A stretch of 64,000 nucleotides of DNA from Anaeramoeba ignava BMAN (GCA_028826165.1 JAPDFW010000123.1:1-64000); one strand, 5' to 3'. Numbered from the stretch's first letter, positions 37,455-51,648 are shown. The notes: generated from the letters alone by a model not told the origin. Made by a program: numbers and translations.

Positions 37455-38567
37455 ATGAGTGAAGAAAATCCAGCAATTGTTATTGATAATGGTTCAGGAA
37501 TTATTAAAGCAGGATTTGCAGGAGAAGAAGAACCAAAAACAATATTTCGAACAGTAATTGGAAGAAAAGAAAATTTTGAAGATGAAAAAAATATATATTT
37601 TGGAGAAGAAATACTAAAAGAAAAAGGAAAATTCTTAATAAATTATCCAATGGAACATGGAATAATAACAAATTGGGATGAAATGGAAAAAATTTGGGAA
37701 CATTTATTTGATCATGAATTAAAAGTGGAAACAAAAGAAAAATCAGTATTAATAACTGAACCTTTTTTGAATCCGAAATCAAATCGGGAAAAAATGACAG
37801 AAATTATGTTTGAAACTTTTCATGTTCCAAATTTTTATATTGCAATCCAAGAAGTTTTATCACTTTATGCATCAGGAAGAATAACAGGAATTGTGGTTCA
37901 ATTAGGAGACGGAATTTGTTCCACTTTTCCCATTTATGAAGGTCTTAGTTTATCTCATGCGGCTTTAAGAATGAATTTTGGAGGAAGAGATATTAATGAT
38001 TATTTAATGAAAATTTTAACCGAAAGGGGATACTTTTTTGAATCAGCAATTTCTTTAGAAATTGTTAATGAAATTAAGGAAAAAAATTGTTTTGTTTCTT
38101 TGGATTTCCAACAAGAAATGGAAAAAGCAAAAAATTCAAATCAATTCGAAAAAAATTTTCAAGCATCTGATGGAAATATTTACACAATCGCAAATGAAAG
38201 ATTTAGAGCTCCTGAAGTTTTATTTCAACCTGATTTAATTGGTTTGGAAAAAAAAGGAATCGATAAAATGATTTCCAATTCAATTTTGAAATGTGATGTT
38301 GATTTGAAAAAGAATCTTTTTGAAAATATCGTTTTGTCTGGTGGATCTGTTTTGTTTCAAGGAATGAAAGAAAGGATTGAAAATGAAGTTATTAAATTTG
38401 CTCCTCAATCAATAAAAGTTAAAGTTGATCAAGATTCTAATCCAAAAATTTCAACTTGGATTGGTGGATCTATTTTGGCTTCTCTTACTTCTTTAAAAAC
38501 TAAATGGATTACTCAAGATGATTATGATGAATTTGGTTTTTCAATTATTCATTCAAAATGTTTTTAA
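37455..38567 (+). CDS. Divergent actin / actin-like protein
   Basis: VIDNGSGIIKAGFAG, YPMEHGIITNWDEMEKIW, ERFRAPEVLFQP, WIGGSILASL and C-terminal KCF; single exon. Confidence 0.95.
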   Translation: MSEENPAIVIDNGSGIIKAGFAGEEEPKTIFRTVIGRKENFEDEKNIYFGEEILKEKGKFLINYPMEHGIITNWDEMEKIWEHLFDHELKVETKEKSVLITEPFLNPKSNREKMTEIMFETFHVPNFYIAIQEVLSLYASGRITGIVVQLGDGICSTFPIYEGLSLSHAALRMNFGGRDINDYLMKILTERGYFFESAISLEIVNEIKEKNCFVSLDFQQEMEKAKNSNQFEKNFQASDGNIYTIANERFRAPEVLFQPDLIGLEKKGIDKMISNSILKCDVDLKKNLFENIVLSGGSVLFQGMKERIENEVIKFAPQSIKVKVDQDSNPKISTWIGGSILASLTSLKTKWITQDDYDEFGFSIIHSKCF

Positions 38568-38939
38568 TCGGAAAAAAAACCAATAACAATAATAATAATT
38601 TCTATTTTTAAATTTTTTAATTCCAATTCGAAATAATTTTTTTTTTGCTTTTTTTCCAAAAATTTTTTCAATTAAAAAAAAAAAATCTAATTTAAAAAAA
38701 GTTTTTATTTTAATTTGATCAAGATTTTTTTCCTATATTATTTTTTTATTCTTTTTAAAAAGAAAAATTTTTTTTTTCCTGTTTTGTTTTTGAATTAAAA
38801 TTTAATTAAAATTAAAAACCGGAAAAAAAAAATTTTAATTAAAAACAAATTTTTTGCTTTTTTTTTAAATCATTTTTTTCTTTTTAAAAAGAATTTTTTA
38901 TTTTCTTAAAGGAATTAATTTTTTTTTATCAATTAAACA

Positions 38940-39415
38940 GTAACAAAAAAAAACACACACATCTATTTAAAACTTATTTAAAATTTATTTATAATTTATT
39001 TATAATTTATATATAATTTATTTATAATTTATATATAATTTATAATTTATTTATAATTTATATATAATTTATAATTTATTTATAATTTATATATAATTTA
39101 TAATTTATTTATAATTTATACATAATTTATTTATAATTTATTTATAATTTATTTATAATTTATTTATAATTTATAATTTATTTATAATTTATTTATAATT
39201 TATTTATAATCCATAATCTATATATAATTTATTTATAATTTATACATAATTTATATTTTATTCAAAATTTATTTAAAATTTATATATAATCTATATATAA
39301 TTTATTTATAATTTATTTATAATTTATTTATAATTTATTTATTTATAATTTATTTATAATTTATTCATAATTTATTCAAAATTTATTTATAATTTAAAAA
39401 ATAAAAACAAAAAAG
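38940..39415 (+). other. Putative 5'-UTR intron containing a (TATAATTTATT)n repeat, acceptor abutting the start codon
   Basis: CCGGAAAA at 38819 and TCATTTT at 38870 lie upstream; GTAACA donor at 38940; AAAAG|ATG at 39415/39416; no initiator element next to the ATG. Confidence 0.6.
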
Positions 39416-42400
39416 ATGAATGAAAATGAAAAACAAAAACAAAAAGAAAAAGAAAAAGAACACAAAAGAGAAGTTGAAAAACAAAAAGAAATAACAGAAG
39501 AAGATAACGCCATACTGAAATTTGTCGTAAAATCTTCAAAAAGCAATAGAGATAAGCAAATTAGTAAAATGTTTGGAGACGAAGAAACTTCTGATTTTAA
39601 AATTTATTGTAGAAATGATGAAAAACCAATTATTTGTCATAAATTTATTTTACAAGCTTGTTCAAAATATTTTAAAGAAAAAATCAAAGAAAATCAAAAC
39701 ACAAATGAAATTCATTTGAATAATTTTAGTTTTGAAATTGTTAAACAATTTATTAAATTTTTTTATTATGGAACATTTCAATTTGATAAAGAAAAATTTG
39801 ATGAATATTTTAAATTTGCAGAAGAAATCAATTTGGAAGATATCGAAAAGCAAATTAAATGGGAAATTAAAGCTCATCTTGATTCTTCAAATATTTTTGT
39901 TTTATATTTCAAAGCTTTATCATTTGAATCAAATCAACCAAATGAATTAAATCAAACAAATGAATTGAACCAATTAAATCGATTAAAAGAACTCAAAATT
40001 TTTCAAATTTGTGAAGAATTCATTTCTAATAATATTCGATCTATTATTTTCAATACTAATTTTTACAGAGATTTGTCAAACAAGCAATATGACCATTTTA
40101 TTAATTTAATTTCTTCAAATAGAAAGTTTTCATCAAAAAGAGATGAATATATTGAAGACATTCAGACAAAACGTAAAAAAATTAAAATTAAAATTCAAAT
40201 TCAAATTCATTTATAAAATTAAAATTAAAATTAAAATTAAAATTAATTTATAAAAGGTGAAAAAGATAACATAGAAGATCAACATCAAAATGTAAGCAAA
40301 AAAAAGTTTTGTTTGATTTTGTTTATTGAATTTAAATTATTTTAATTTAAAACAAAAGGAAATAGAAGCTCATTTTTTTCAATTATTTCAACAAAATTCA
40401 AATTCAGATTCTCCAAATGAAAAAACACTCCTTTCAATTTGGCAAGAAATTAAACAAAAAAAAGTTTTTGAAGTAATTTTAACAAAAGAAAAAGAAAAAA
40501 AAAGAAAAACAAATTTAGAAAAATTATATAATTAAAATATTTTTAGTTTAATGAAAAATTTATAGAATTTGCTTTATTATTCCAAGTTTTGTTCCGATTT
40601 TGGGGTCCAAAACAAACGAATCCAAATGAAAATGAAAATCAAAATCAAAATCAAAATCAAAATCAAAATCAAAATCAAAATCAAAATCAAAATCAAAAAG
40701 AATATGAAAAATATTTTATAAATAAAAATGAAAATGAAAATAAAAATAAAAATGAAAATGAAATGGAAATTGATTTTGATAAAGAAGTTTCTGAGAATCA
40801 AGCTCATCCAAAAAAATTTCTTGATTTTATTCTTAGCAAATTGAAATATTTCAAATATCTTCAAGAAGGTTTTTATTATTTTTTTATATATTTAAGAAAA
40901 TCAAAAAAAAAATTGATAATAATTATTTATCAATAATAGAAAGGAATATAAGTTCAAAAGAAAAAGAACAAGCTCAAGATCATCGATATCTGATTTCTTT
41001 ATCCATTATTGCAATTGTTTCCAAATCAAAATTTAATCGACAAACTTTATTTGAAAAAGGAATTTTTGGAATTATTGAATATTTCTTAAAGTTTGTAAAC
41101 AAGCTTTTCAAATCTTTTGAAAACTTAAAAGTAAAATAATTATTTTTTCAAATTCCAATTTTTTTATTATTAATCAAAAAAAACCAAAAAATCAAAACAA
41201 AAAGAAAACAAATCCTTCTCGTTCAATTTATAATTTAATTGAAATTCAATTTATTTTTTCAGAAATTACGAAAATTTTAGACCAATTTTTCAGAGATATA
41301 TATGTTTTACCAAATAAAAAAATTTTAGAAGGATTTCAAAGAACACAAATAATTTCAAGATTGATTAGTAAATAATTTTGCTTATCATTTGTTTTTTCCA
41401 ATTTCCAAAAAAATCTAAAATTATGATTTTTTTTTCCATTTTATCTTTCTTAAAAAACAAATAGAATGTTTTAAAATTAATTTAGATCTCAAAAAGTCAT
41501 TTATTTTTACAAAAAACCAATTTGAAATTCATTTAAATATGCTCCAAAATTTTAAAAACTTTTACCAATTAAATTTATTAAAAGAAAACCAAAAAATTGA
41601 ATTACTTTCTCTTATTTTACCATCTTTTAAACCTCCAGATTTAGCTTTGTCTCTTTCAAATATTGGATTTTCAAATCAAGAAAATGAAAATGAAAATGAA
41701 AATGAAATTGAAATTGAAGACTTTTTTCAAACAAATTTCTTTATATTTGATCCAAAAATCAAAAAAACAGAAAATCCTTTCATTTTAGAAAATTTCAAAA
41801 CTTTAAAAGGAAATTTAATTCATTATGAATCTCATTTTCGTTCAAATGTTTTTGAGTTTCTTGTTAAAATAATTCAAAAAGAAAATATTATTCAAGAAAT
41901 TGCAAATAATAACAATGTTTCTTATTTGGGTGATCTTATTCTTTGGCTTGTTTATTATGCTAAAGGAACATTACCAAAAATTCCCAAACAATTTATGGAA
42001 GAAATTCAAGAAAAAGAAATTAAAGAAAAAGAAATTCAAGAAATCAAATTATATAACACTTATTTGGATACATTTTTTAATAATTTTCGGGAATTATCTT
42101 ATATTGAAGAAGAAGAAAGTGTAAAAAAAGAACAAATTAATTTAAAACAAAAATTAGATAAATTTACAAATGAAACTAAAAGAAAAGTCAATAACTTCAC
42201 AGAAAGATTAATTTTAACTTATGTTAATTTATTCAAAACTCCAGAAGAAGAAGAAACTTCAAATTCATCTCTAAATCATATTTTATCAAATGAAAAAATT
42301 AATAAAATTCATAAATTCACTAAAGAATATTATCCTCAACTTCAAATGTATCTTTTATTTGATTTCAGGAAAATGATATCAGAAAATGATAAAAAAATTT

Positions 42401-45400
42401 TTCAATTTTTCCAAATAAATAATGGATGGGAATTTCTCTTTACAGATTTTTTTATTAGAAGCAATTTCATCAATATTAAGGTAAAAAAAATTGATTAGAA
42501 CAAAAACAAAAATCAATATTTATTCTTTTCATTTTATTCTTTTCATTAGATTGCTGGAAACAAAATCAATTTCAATGAAATGAATACAAATTTGCAAACA
42601 TTATTAATCGGTTTCATAAAGGATACTCTTTTAAAATATCCAGAAGATTTTGATTATAAATTTTTATTCAATCAATTTTCTGAAAATGAAAACATAAAAT
42701 CAAATTTAACATTATTCAACAAATTTTTAAAAATGATAATTGAAATTATTCAAACAAATCATCAAGCTTCATCAAACAAAATTATTAAAAATAAGCTATA
42801 TAAAAACATACAAAAAATTTTAATACAATCAACTCAAGAAAATCAAAATGAAAATCAAAATGAAAATCAAAATGAAATTAAAAATCAAAATGAAACTACA
42901 AAATTATGCTTAGATCTTTTGAATGAATTACTTGAAAATGCAGATATTGAAATTATTTTTGAAGATGGAGAAATTACACATTCTTTGATTGATTTATTTA
43001 AAAATCCAAATACAATAGAAATTCCTTTAATTCATATACCAAAAATTCTTGAAAAAACCAGAAAAATAGAACAAAAAAAGAAAAAAGAATTATTTATGTA
43101 CTTCATTCAAGAAGTTCTTTTTTTATGTGAAAGATTAGATGAATTTGAATTTGAGGATGTTCAAAAACTTTTTTTAAAATGTTCAGAATCCATTTCAAAA
43201 AATCGAGAAGTTATTCAAGAAATTTTTTTAGAAACAGAATTCTTAAAAATTTTCAAAACATTATTTGATGCAACAGAAGAAAAATCAACTTATTTAGTTT
43301 TATCAATTTGGAAAGAACTTATGAGAAATAATGAAAAAATGATTTTTGAATTTTTCCATAAAATAATTCCAATACCAAAATTTGTTGAATTACTTTATGA
43401 AAAAGAAAAAGGGAAATCTAAAAGAAAAATATTTGATCTTTTCTTAGATTTGATGATTGAAAATGGGAAATTTTCAAAAGAAAACAATTTTATTATCACA
43501 AATACAAATATGATAAATATTATTTTGGAATTTTATACTAAAAATTTAAATGAAAATGAAAATGAAAATCAAAATCAAAATCAAAATCAAAATCAAAATC
43601 AAAATCAAAATCAAAATCAAAATCAAAATCAAAATCAAAATCAAAATCAAAATCAAAATCAAAATCAAAATCAAAATCAAAATCAAAATCAAAATCAAAA
43701 TCAAAATCAAAATGAAAATCAAAATGAAATTGAAGATCAAGAAGTTTCTTTTATTGAAGTTATCGGAATATTTAATCAAATTTGTGAAAAATCAATTCAT
43801 AATATTAATTGTTGTTATGAAAAGGGAATTATTTCTTTTTTATTTGAATTAATCTCAAATATTAAAAATTCAACACTATTTGAAAAAATTATTCAATTTA
43901 TTGGAACAATTATGTCACATAAAATTGATGTTTCTGAAATGAAAAAATATTTTTCAATTTTAAAAGATAAATTAAAACAAAATAATCAATTTGCAGATAT
44001 AATGATAAATGAATTAGAACAAATCATAAATCAAAATGAAAATGAAGAAAATCCTATTAATTTCTTTGATTTTTATGAAGAAAATTCAAATATTCAATTT
44101 CCAATTTTGGGAAATAATTTAATTTCAAAAAAATTCAGTTTTGTTACTTGGATAAGATTTGAAGATTTTGAAAACTATTTTTATTCATCAGAAGAAAATC
44201 AAAATGTTGAAGAATATTACCAAACAAAAATATTTAGCTTTTTAACAGAAAATTCAAAAGGAATTGGACTATTTTTAGAATTTAACAAAGAAACCAAAAA
44301 ACCAGAATCATTTCTTTATCAAATTTATCCAAATCAAGAAAATGAAATAATTGAAAAAAGAATTCCATTTGAAATTGAAATTAAGAAATGGTATTTTTTC
44401 GTTTTCACACAAAAATTCAACAAATCAAATTCACAATTTGAAATATCAATTCATCTTAATGAGAAACAAAAAACAACAAAAATTACAACAAAAAACTTTG
44501 AAAAGAAGAATCCTTTTATCAAAAATGAAATTGGATCAAATTTCTCGTTTTCTCTTCAACAAAAACAAATGAATCGAAAATCATTTTTTGGACAAATGGG
44601 AATAATTTATCTTTTTCAAGAATTTCTTAATGAAAGTCAAGTTAAATCAATATATTCACTTGGACCAAATTACAATTCATTTTTTGATAAAAATGAAATT
44701 TCTCAATATTCAAATTCAAAAAATGAAAAAGAATTAAAAGAAATTTTTAATGAAAAATTAAACCAAAAAATAATAATTTATCATAACCCAAAAGAAATGA
44801 AAGAGAATTTATGTTTAAATGAAAGTCCAAACAATATTATTAAAGAAAATTCCAAAACAAAAAGAATTTTCTCATTTACAGCAAATCAATTTGAAGATAT
44901 TCTTATTTTTTCAGGAGGAATAAAACCATTTTTATATTTAATTCTTGAACATGATGAAATATTTAATAATGAAAATCAAAATGAAAATAATGAAAATAAT
45001 GAAAATAATGAAAATAATGAAAATGAAAATCAAATTGAAAATGAAAATCAAATTGAAAATGAAAATCAAATTGAAAAAATATTAAAAATGATTCAAAATA
45101 TTTTATTAAAAAATTCTAAATTTCAACAAGAAATTATCCAAAAACAAGAATTGAGAACAATTTCTAATTTACTCAAATCAATGAATCAAAAATTTTTCTC
45201 AAATAAAATTTATAATTTCATCAAGAAATTGAAACAAATCTCAAATGAAGAATTTAAAAATCAAATTAAAAAACATTTAATTTTGGATATTGATATTTAC
45301 AAAAATTTCAGTTTTGATATTCAAAAAGAATTTATTTTTGAAAATGAAAATGAAAATGAAAATATTCAAGAAAATATTATTTCACCAAGAAAAAGTTTAG

Positions 45401-48400
45401 CAGAAATTAATGAAATTGAAGAAATTCAAGCAATTATTTTAAATTCAAAAAAAATTGAATATACAAAACAAAAAAAAATATCACAAGTTACAATTTTTGA
45501 TTTATTGAGTTTATTACATTCTTATGATCAATCTCTAAACAAAATCGAAGAATCAATTTCAGATATTCAAAATTTATTTTCAATTATTGAAACATTTTTG
45601 GAAAAAACGAAGGAAAATCTCATTTTACAATCAAAATACATTCAATATTTGATTGGAACATGTTTCTTTTTCGAAAATCAAGAATTTATTGAAATAACAC
45701 TTAAATTTATTTACAAATTTATCAAAGAAAAGCCCAAAACAAAATTGGAAACAATTATTTTCAGTTCATTTATTCAGCTCATTCATTCAATTAATGAAAG
45801 AAAAGAAAAACTCAAAAATATTTGAATTATGTCTTGAATTTATTTATTTTATTGATATTTCTCTTAATGAAAATGAAAAAATAATTGAAGATTTGAAAAA
45901 GAAAAATCAAGAAATTGATAATTTGGAAGATATTTATCCTGTAATTCACAAAACATTGATTGATAATTTAGAAGAAGTTTCCAAAGAAATTATTGATATT
46001 CTTTTTAAAATGATGATTTATGAAAAAGAAAATGATAATTTACAATCTTCAATTATTCGAAATTCATTCATTTTAGAAACAATTTGTGAAATTTTTAAAT
46101 CTTCTCCAAATTTATTTGATGATCAAAATTTGTACAAAGTTTACAAATTAACCAAAGAAAATAATATTATTAAAAAGGAAATCATATCAAGAAATGGATG
46201 GGAAAAATGGTTCATTTCTTTAATAAATTTAAATTTAAATGAAAATAAAGAAAATGAAAACGAAAATCAAAATAAAAATGAAAATGAAATTCAAAATGAA
46301 ATTCAAAAACAAATGAATGAAGCTAGTTTCAGATTTTTGAAAGTATTACTTCTTTACTGTTTCTATGAAACAGGATTCCATTATTTTTCAGAAATATTCG
46401 AACCGTTTCTTTCAACCATTTATTTAGTTCATTTATCATCAAATCAAAAAACAGCTTTTGGAATAATTGAAAGGATATTAAATGAAATTGTTGAAGATAT
46501 TAGTATAAATTCAGAATATAAAAATTACGATACAGATTATACATTAACATCAACATCATTAAAAGATTCAGGAATTTCAGGAAAAGATTTCTTTCCAAAC
46601 TTTTTTTATTTAATTCAAGTAGTAAATTCAATATGTTTTAATTTATCAACAAATGAATTTAAATTAACAAAGCCAGAAAACCAAGAACTAAAAGATATTA
46701 TTCCAACAAAAGTCTCAGAACATTTTATCATTCACAAAAAAAATAAAATCAAAATCAAAAAAAATAAAAAGAAAAGCAATTCAAAAAAAGAAAACAATTT
46801 AATCAATAATTTAGAAACTCAATCTGATTTCTTTAAAAACGGAGAAATTTTACAAAATTTAATACACATTTTGGAAAAAGTTTCATTTTTTGAAGAAAAA
46901 GAATCTCAAAAAAAAAATAAAGAAGAGCAATCAAAAGAAAAAGAAAAAGAAAAAAAGGAAAAAAAAAGAATAATTTACAAAATTATTATTCTCTTGGTTA
47001 CTAAAATAATTCCAAAAGCAGATATTAAATTAGTTGATTCCCTATTTTTGAAATTAAAAGAAATTATTAACAAACAATTAAATCCCAAAATTTCTTCAAT
47101 AGAAAATCCAGAAGAATTACTCAATTTTTATTTCTCATTCTTATTTCATTATATTCATCAAGATGAAAAAGATAAAAAAGAAAAAACAAAACCTTTATTA
47201 CCAAATTTACAAATTTTAATGCAAGAAAATTACGATTTCTTATCGAAATTATTTTCAAAAGAAAGCAATTTATTACCCACGAAAAAAAAAAATAATTCAT
47301 TTGTATTTTCAAGTAAAAATATTGAAGAATTTGAAAAAGAAATAATGAAAGAAAAATGGAAAGAAGCATCAAAAAATATTTTCTTATCAGTAAATAAAAT
47401 AATTTCAGAAAATATTCAAGAAAATCAAAAAGAATTTGTTGAAATTCAATCAAACAATTACTTTTTTCTAAAAATAAAATTTAATGAAACACAAAATGCA
47501 GAGCAAAACAAATTTAATACCATCTCAGAAAAAATTGAAAAACAAAAAATAAATGTTATTTTATTCGAAGAAATCAGAATTGTGGAATTGGGAACAGAAG
47601 AAGAAATTGAACATTTACAAAAATTCAGCCAAATGATTGAAAATACAATTTCAGGAAATTATTTATGGAATTCAAATACAGAAAATATTTTGGATCAAGA
47701 AGTTGAAAAACAAAATGATTTGAAACTTTCAGAAAATGAAGAGAAAAAGAATTTAATAAAACTAAATAAGAAAATTCAACAAAAAATAATTGAAATTTCA
47801 AAAAAATTATCAAAAAATGCAAAATTTCAACTTCAGAATCAATTCTTTTCAAAAAAATGTCAAATAATTTCAAAAACCAAAAGAATACCAGGAATATTTA
47901 AAATTACAACTAATTCAATTAATTTTTTTGTTGATTTTAATTTGAAAAAAGTAGAAAAAGAAAAACCAAAAAATTATTTTTGGGAAATTGGAATGATTCA
48001 ATCAATTTATAAAAGAAAATTTGGATCTGTAGATTCAGCAATAGAAATATTTTTTAAGAATCAAAAATCTGTATTTTTCAAATTCGAAACAGAGGAAGAA
48101 AGAAAAGAAGTTGATGAAAAAATTCAAAATCTTTTACCAAAAGATATTAAATCAAAAATTAATGATTCAGTAGATAAAATGACAAAAAAATGGCGAGAAA
48201 GAAAAATTACAAATTTTGAATATCTTATGTATTTAAACATGAAATCAGGAAGAACATATAAAGATCTATCACAATACCCAATTTTCCCTTGGGTTATTTC
48301 TAATTATCAAGTTCAAGAATTAGATCTTAATAGCCCAGGATCATTCAGAGATTTATCACAACGTATTGGAGAAATAAAAGATGATTCACAATCAAAAAAT

Positions 48401-49951
48401 CGTCAAAGATCACGTACTGTTGTTCCTCTAGAAAGATTCCAATCAAATTCAAATGAAAATGAAAATAAAGTTTATAATCTAAAGCATTATTCAAATAGGG
48501 AAATTGTTTCATCTTATTTAAGCAGAATAGAACCATTTACATCAATTTGTTTAAAAGAAAAATATCCAATTTTCGAATCAATTCCAAAAACATTCAAAAT
48601 AATCAAAGAATCTCCTAATGATTTTAGAGAACTTACTCCAGAATTTTTCCATTTACCAGATTTTTTAAAAGCACCTAAAATATTTAAATATGAAAATGAT
48701 TCAAATTTAAAGAAAGATGTAGAACTTCCAAACTGGGCTAAAACACCAGAAGAATTTATTCAAAAACACCAAGAGGCACTTGAATCAGAACATGTTTCAG
48801 GACATCTTGATGAATGGATTGATTTTATTTTTGGAAGTATTCAAAAAGTACCAGAAAGAAATGAAAAACTTCCAAAACAATTATTTATACAAAATCATCC
48901 AAAAAGATCAACAAAGCAAGAAATCCAAAAAAAATATCCATCAATTTTTCATTTTTTTGAATGGAAAGATATTTTATTATCAAAACAAAATGTTGAATTC
49001 AAAGGTCCATCCCTCAAAACAAGTTCAAATCCAATTATATTTATCAAGTATATCAAGATGAAAAAGAATGAATTGGAAAAAGTTTTTGATAAGATTATTA
49101 CAATTGATCAAAAAAGAATAATATCAAGGCATCATTTATTTTTAAACCAAAATAAAAGATTGCAAATTAAAAAAAAAGAAGAAAAACAAATTGGAATTCC
49201 ATTTTCACAAGATTTTCATAATTTCCAAGGATATTTTGCAATTGATCAAAATTCCAATTTATTATTTTCTTGTGGATTTAGCGATAATAGTTTCAAAATA
49301 TTTGATATTGAAAATTACAGAATGATTCAAAGTATTTCCAAAAATTTAGATGTTGTGAATTGTTTAGGAATTGATTGGAAATATATTGTTACAGGATCAA
49401 AAGATACAACAGTAATGATTTGGGAATTTGATTTGAAAGAAAAGAAAGTTAAAGATATTCCAAAACATATTTTTTTTGAACATGAAAAAGAAGTGAAAAG
49501 TGTTGCAATATCAGTTGAACATGATATTATTTTAAGTGGATCTATTGATGGGAAATTAATAATTCATTCATTAACGAAAGGAAAACTTATTAAAATAATA
49601 AAATTATCAGATGAAAAACCAATTTCAATTATTAAAATTTCAAAAGAAGGAAATATTATTACATTTTCAGAAAATTCCAATATTTTAAGATTATTTGCAA
49701 TTAATGGAGATTTGATCAAAGAATTTAAATGTTCACAGAATATTAATTCAATTTCAATTACTCAAGATTCAAATTTCTTGATTTTAGGAGGAGAAGAAGG
49801 AATTCTTGAAATTTTGAATTTACTTGATTTAAATCCAATTCGAACATTTAAATTCGAGAAACAAAAGATTTATTCAACTTTAGTTACTGCAAATGGATTT
49901 ATAATTATTGGATTAGGAAATGGAGAATTAAGAATTGGAAACTTAAATTGA
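39416..49951 (+). CDS. BTB-fused BEACH/WD40 protein (~3300 aa), multi-exon
   Basis: BTB exon (SDFKIYC...CHKFILQACSKYF) ends at the GT at 40173. In-frame GT-AG introns 40173-40256, 40292-40358, 40473-40546, 40869-40939, 41131-41203, 41368-41464 and 42481-42549 link it to ORFs 41539, 42580 and 45794. BEACH motifs SGRTYKDLSQYPIFPW, RELTPEFF and ALESEHVS; WD40. One +1 frameshift at ~45805. Confidence 0.82.
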
Positions 49952-50057
49952 ATCAAAAACAAAAACAAAACCAATTTTTTTTTTTTTGAAATCCAAAAAA
50001 ATAAAAAATTAATCAAAAAAATTTTTTTCATTTTTTTTCTTTTTTTAAATAAAAATT

Positions 50058-50399
50058 ATGCTTTATTTAGTTGAAGGACCTTCAAAAGAAAAACCAACAG
50101 ATTTTGAATCAGAAATTAAAAAACATGGATTAGAAGAAAAATATCAAAATATTCTTCAAGATACAGAAAACAAAGAATTTTGGGATTATATTCAAGATCT
50201 TCCAGAAATTGATATGAAATCAAAAGATGTAAAAGAAATATCTTTATTAGAACTTGTTGAAAATTCTCAAAGACAACAAGATAGAGTTATTAAGAAATTT
50301 AGTGAACAAGAATTAGAAGAAGCTTTTTCTCTTGAAAATACAGGAATTAGAAGAGAAAAACAATCTCTTCGTTTTAAAAAAAATCGAAAAGAAAATTAA
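50058..50399 (+). CDS. Hypothetical 113-aa acidic protein
   Basis: Clean ORF preceded by a TCATTTT element; no recognised domain. Confidence 0.7.
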   Translation: MLYLVEGPSKEKPTDFESEIKKHGLEEKYQNILQDTENKEFWDYIQDLPEIDMKSKDVKEISLLELVENSQRQQDRVIKKFSEQELEEAFSLENTGIRREKQSLRFKKNRKEN

Positions 50400-51545
50400 T
50401 AAATTAATAAATAAATTAATAAATAATTTAATAAATAAATTTATAAATAAATTAATAAATAAATTAATAAATAATTTAATAAATAATTTAATAAATAATT
50501 TAATAAATAATTTAATAAATAAATTAATAAATAAATTAATTAATAAATTAATAAATAAATTAATAAATAAATTAATAAATAAATTAATAAATAAATTAAT
50601 AAATAAATTAATAATAATTTAATAAGTAAATTAATAAATAAATTAATAAATAAATTAATAAATTAATTAATAAATAATTTAATAAATAAATTAATAAATA
50701 AATTAATAAATAATTTAATAAATAATTTAATAAATAATTTAATAAATAAATTAATAAATAAATTAATAAATTAATAAATAATTTAATAAATAAATAAATA
50801 AATAATAAATAAATTAATAAATTAAATAAATAATAAAATTAATAAATAAATTTAATAAATAAATAAAAATTAATAAATAAATTTTAATTTAATAAATATT
50901 TAATAAATAAATAAATAAATTAATAAATAATTTTAATAAATAAATTAATAAATAAATTAATAATAAATTTAATAAATAATAAATAAATTAATAAATAATT
51001 TTAATAAATAAATTAATTTAATAAATTAATAAATAAATTAATAAATAAATTAATAAATATTTAATAAATTAATAAAAATAAATTAATAAATAAATAAAAT
51101 AAATAAATTAATAAATAAATTTAATAAATAAATTAATAAATAAATTAATAAATAAATTAATAAATAAATTAATAAATAAATTAATAAATAAATTAATAAA
51201 TAAATTAATAAATAAATTAATAAATAAATTTAATAAATAAATTAATAAATAATTTAATAAATAAATTAATTAATAAATTAATAAATAAATTAAATAATTT
51301 AATAAATAAATTAATAAATAAATTAATAAATAATTTAATAAATAAATTAATAAATAAATTAATAAATAATTTAATAAATAAATAAATTAATAAATAAATT
51401 AATAAATAAATTAATAAATAATTTAATAAATAAATTAATAAATAATTTAATAAATAAATTAATAAATAAATTAATAAATAAATTAATAAATAAATTAATA
51501 AATAATTTAATAAATAAATTAATAAGTAAATTAATAAATAATTTA
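50400..51545. repeat. Intergenic satellite, 12-bp unit AAATTAATAAAT
   Basis: Tandem array of ~1.15 kb, almost entirely A/T. Confidence 0.95.
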
Positions 51546-51648
51546 AATAAAAATCGGAAAAAATTTGTTTTTAAAAAATTGAAAATCATTTTTTTCTTTT
51601 CTTTTTCCTTTTTAAAGTTTTAGTTTTTTTTTTCAAAAACAAAAACAA

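Noticed and set aside
39416-40216. Stand-alone 266-aa BTB gene as given in the ORF track
   Set aside because: Its last codons (KKIKIKIQIQIHL) are intron-like repeat after a GT at 40173, and the downstream exons continue in frame, so it is treated as exon 1 of the BEACH fusion.
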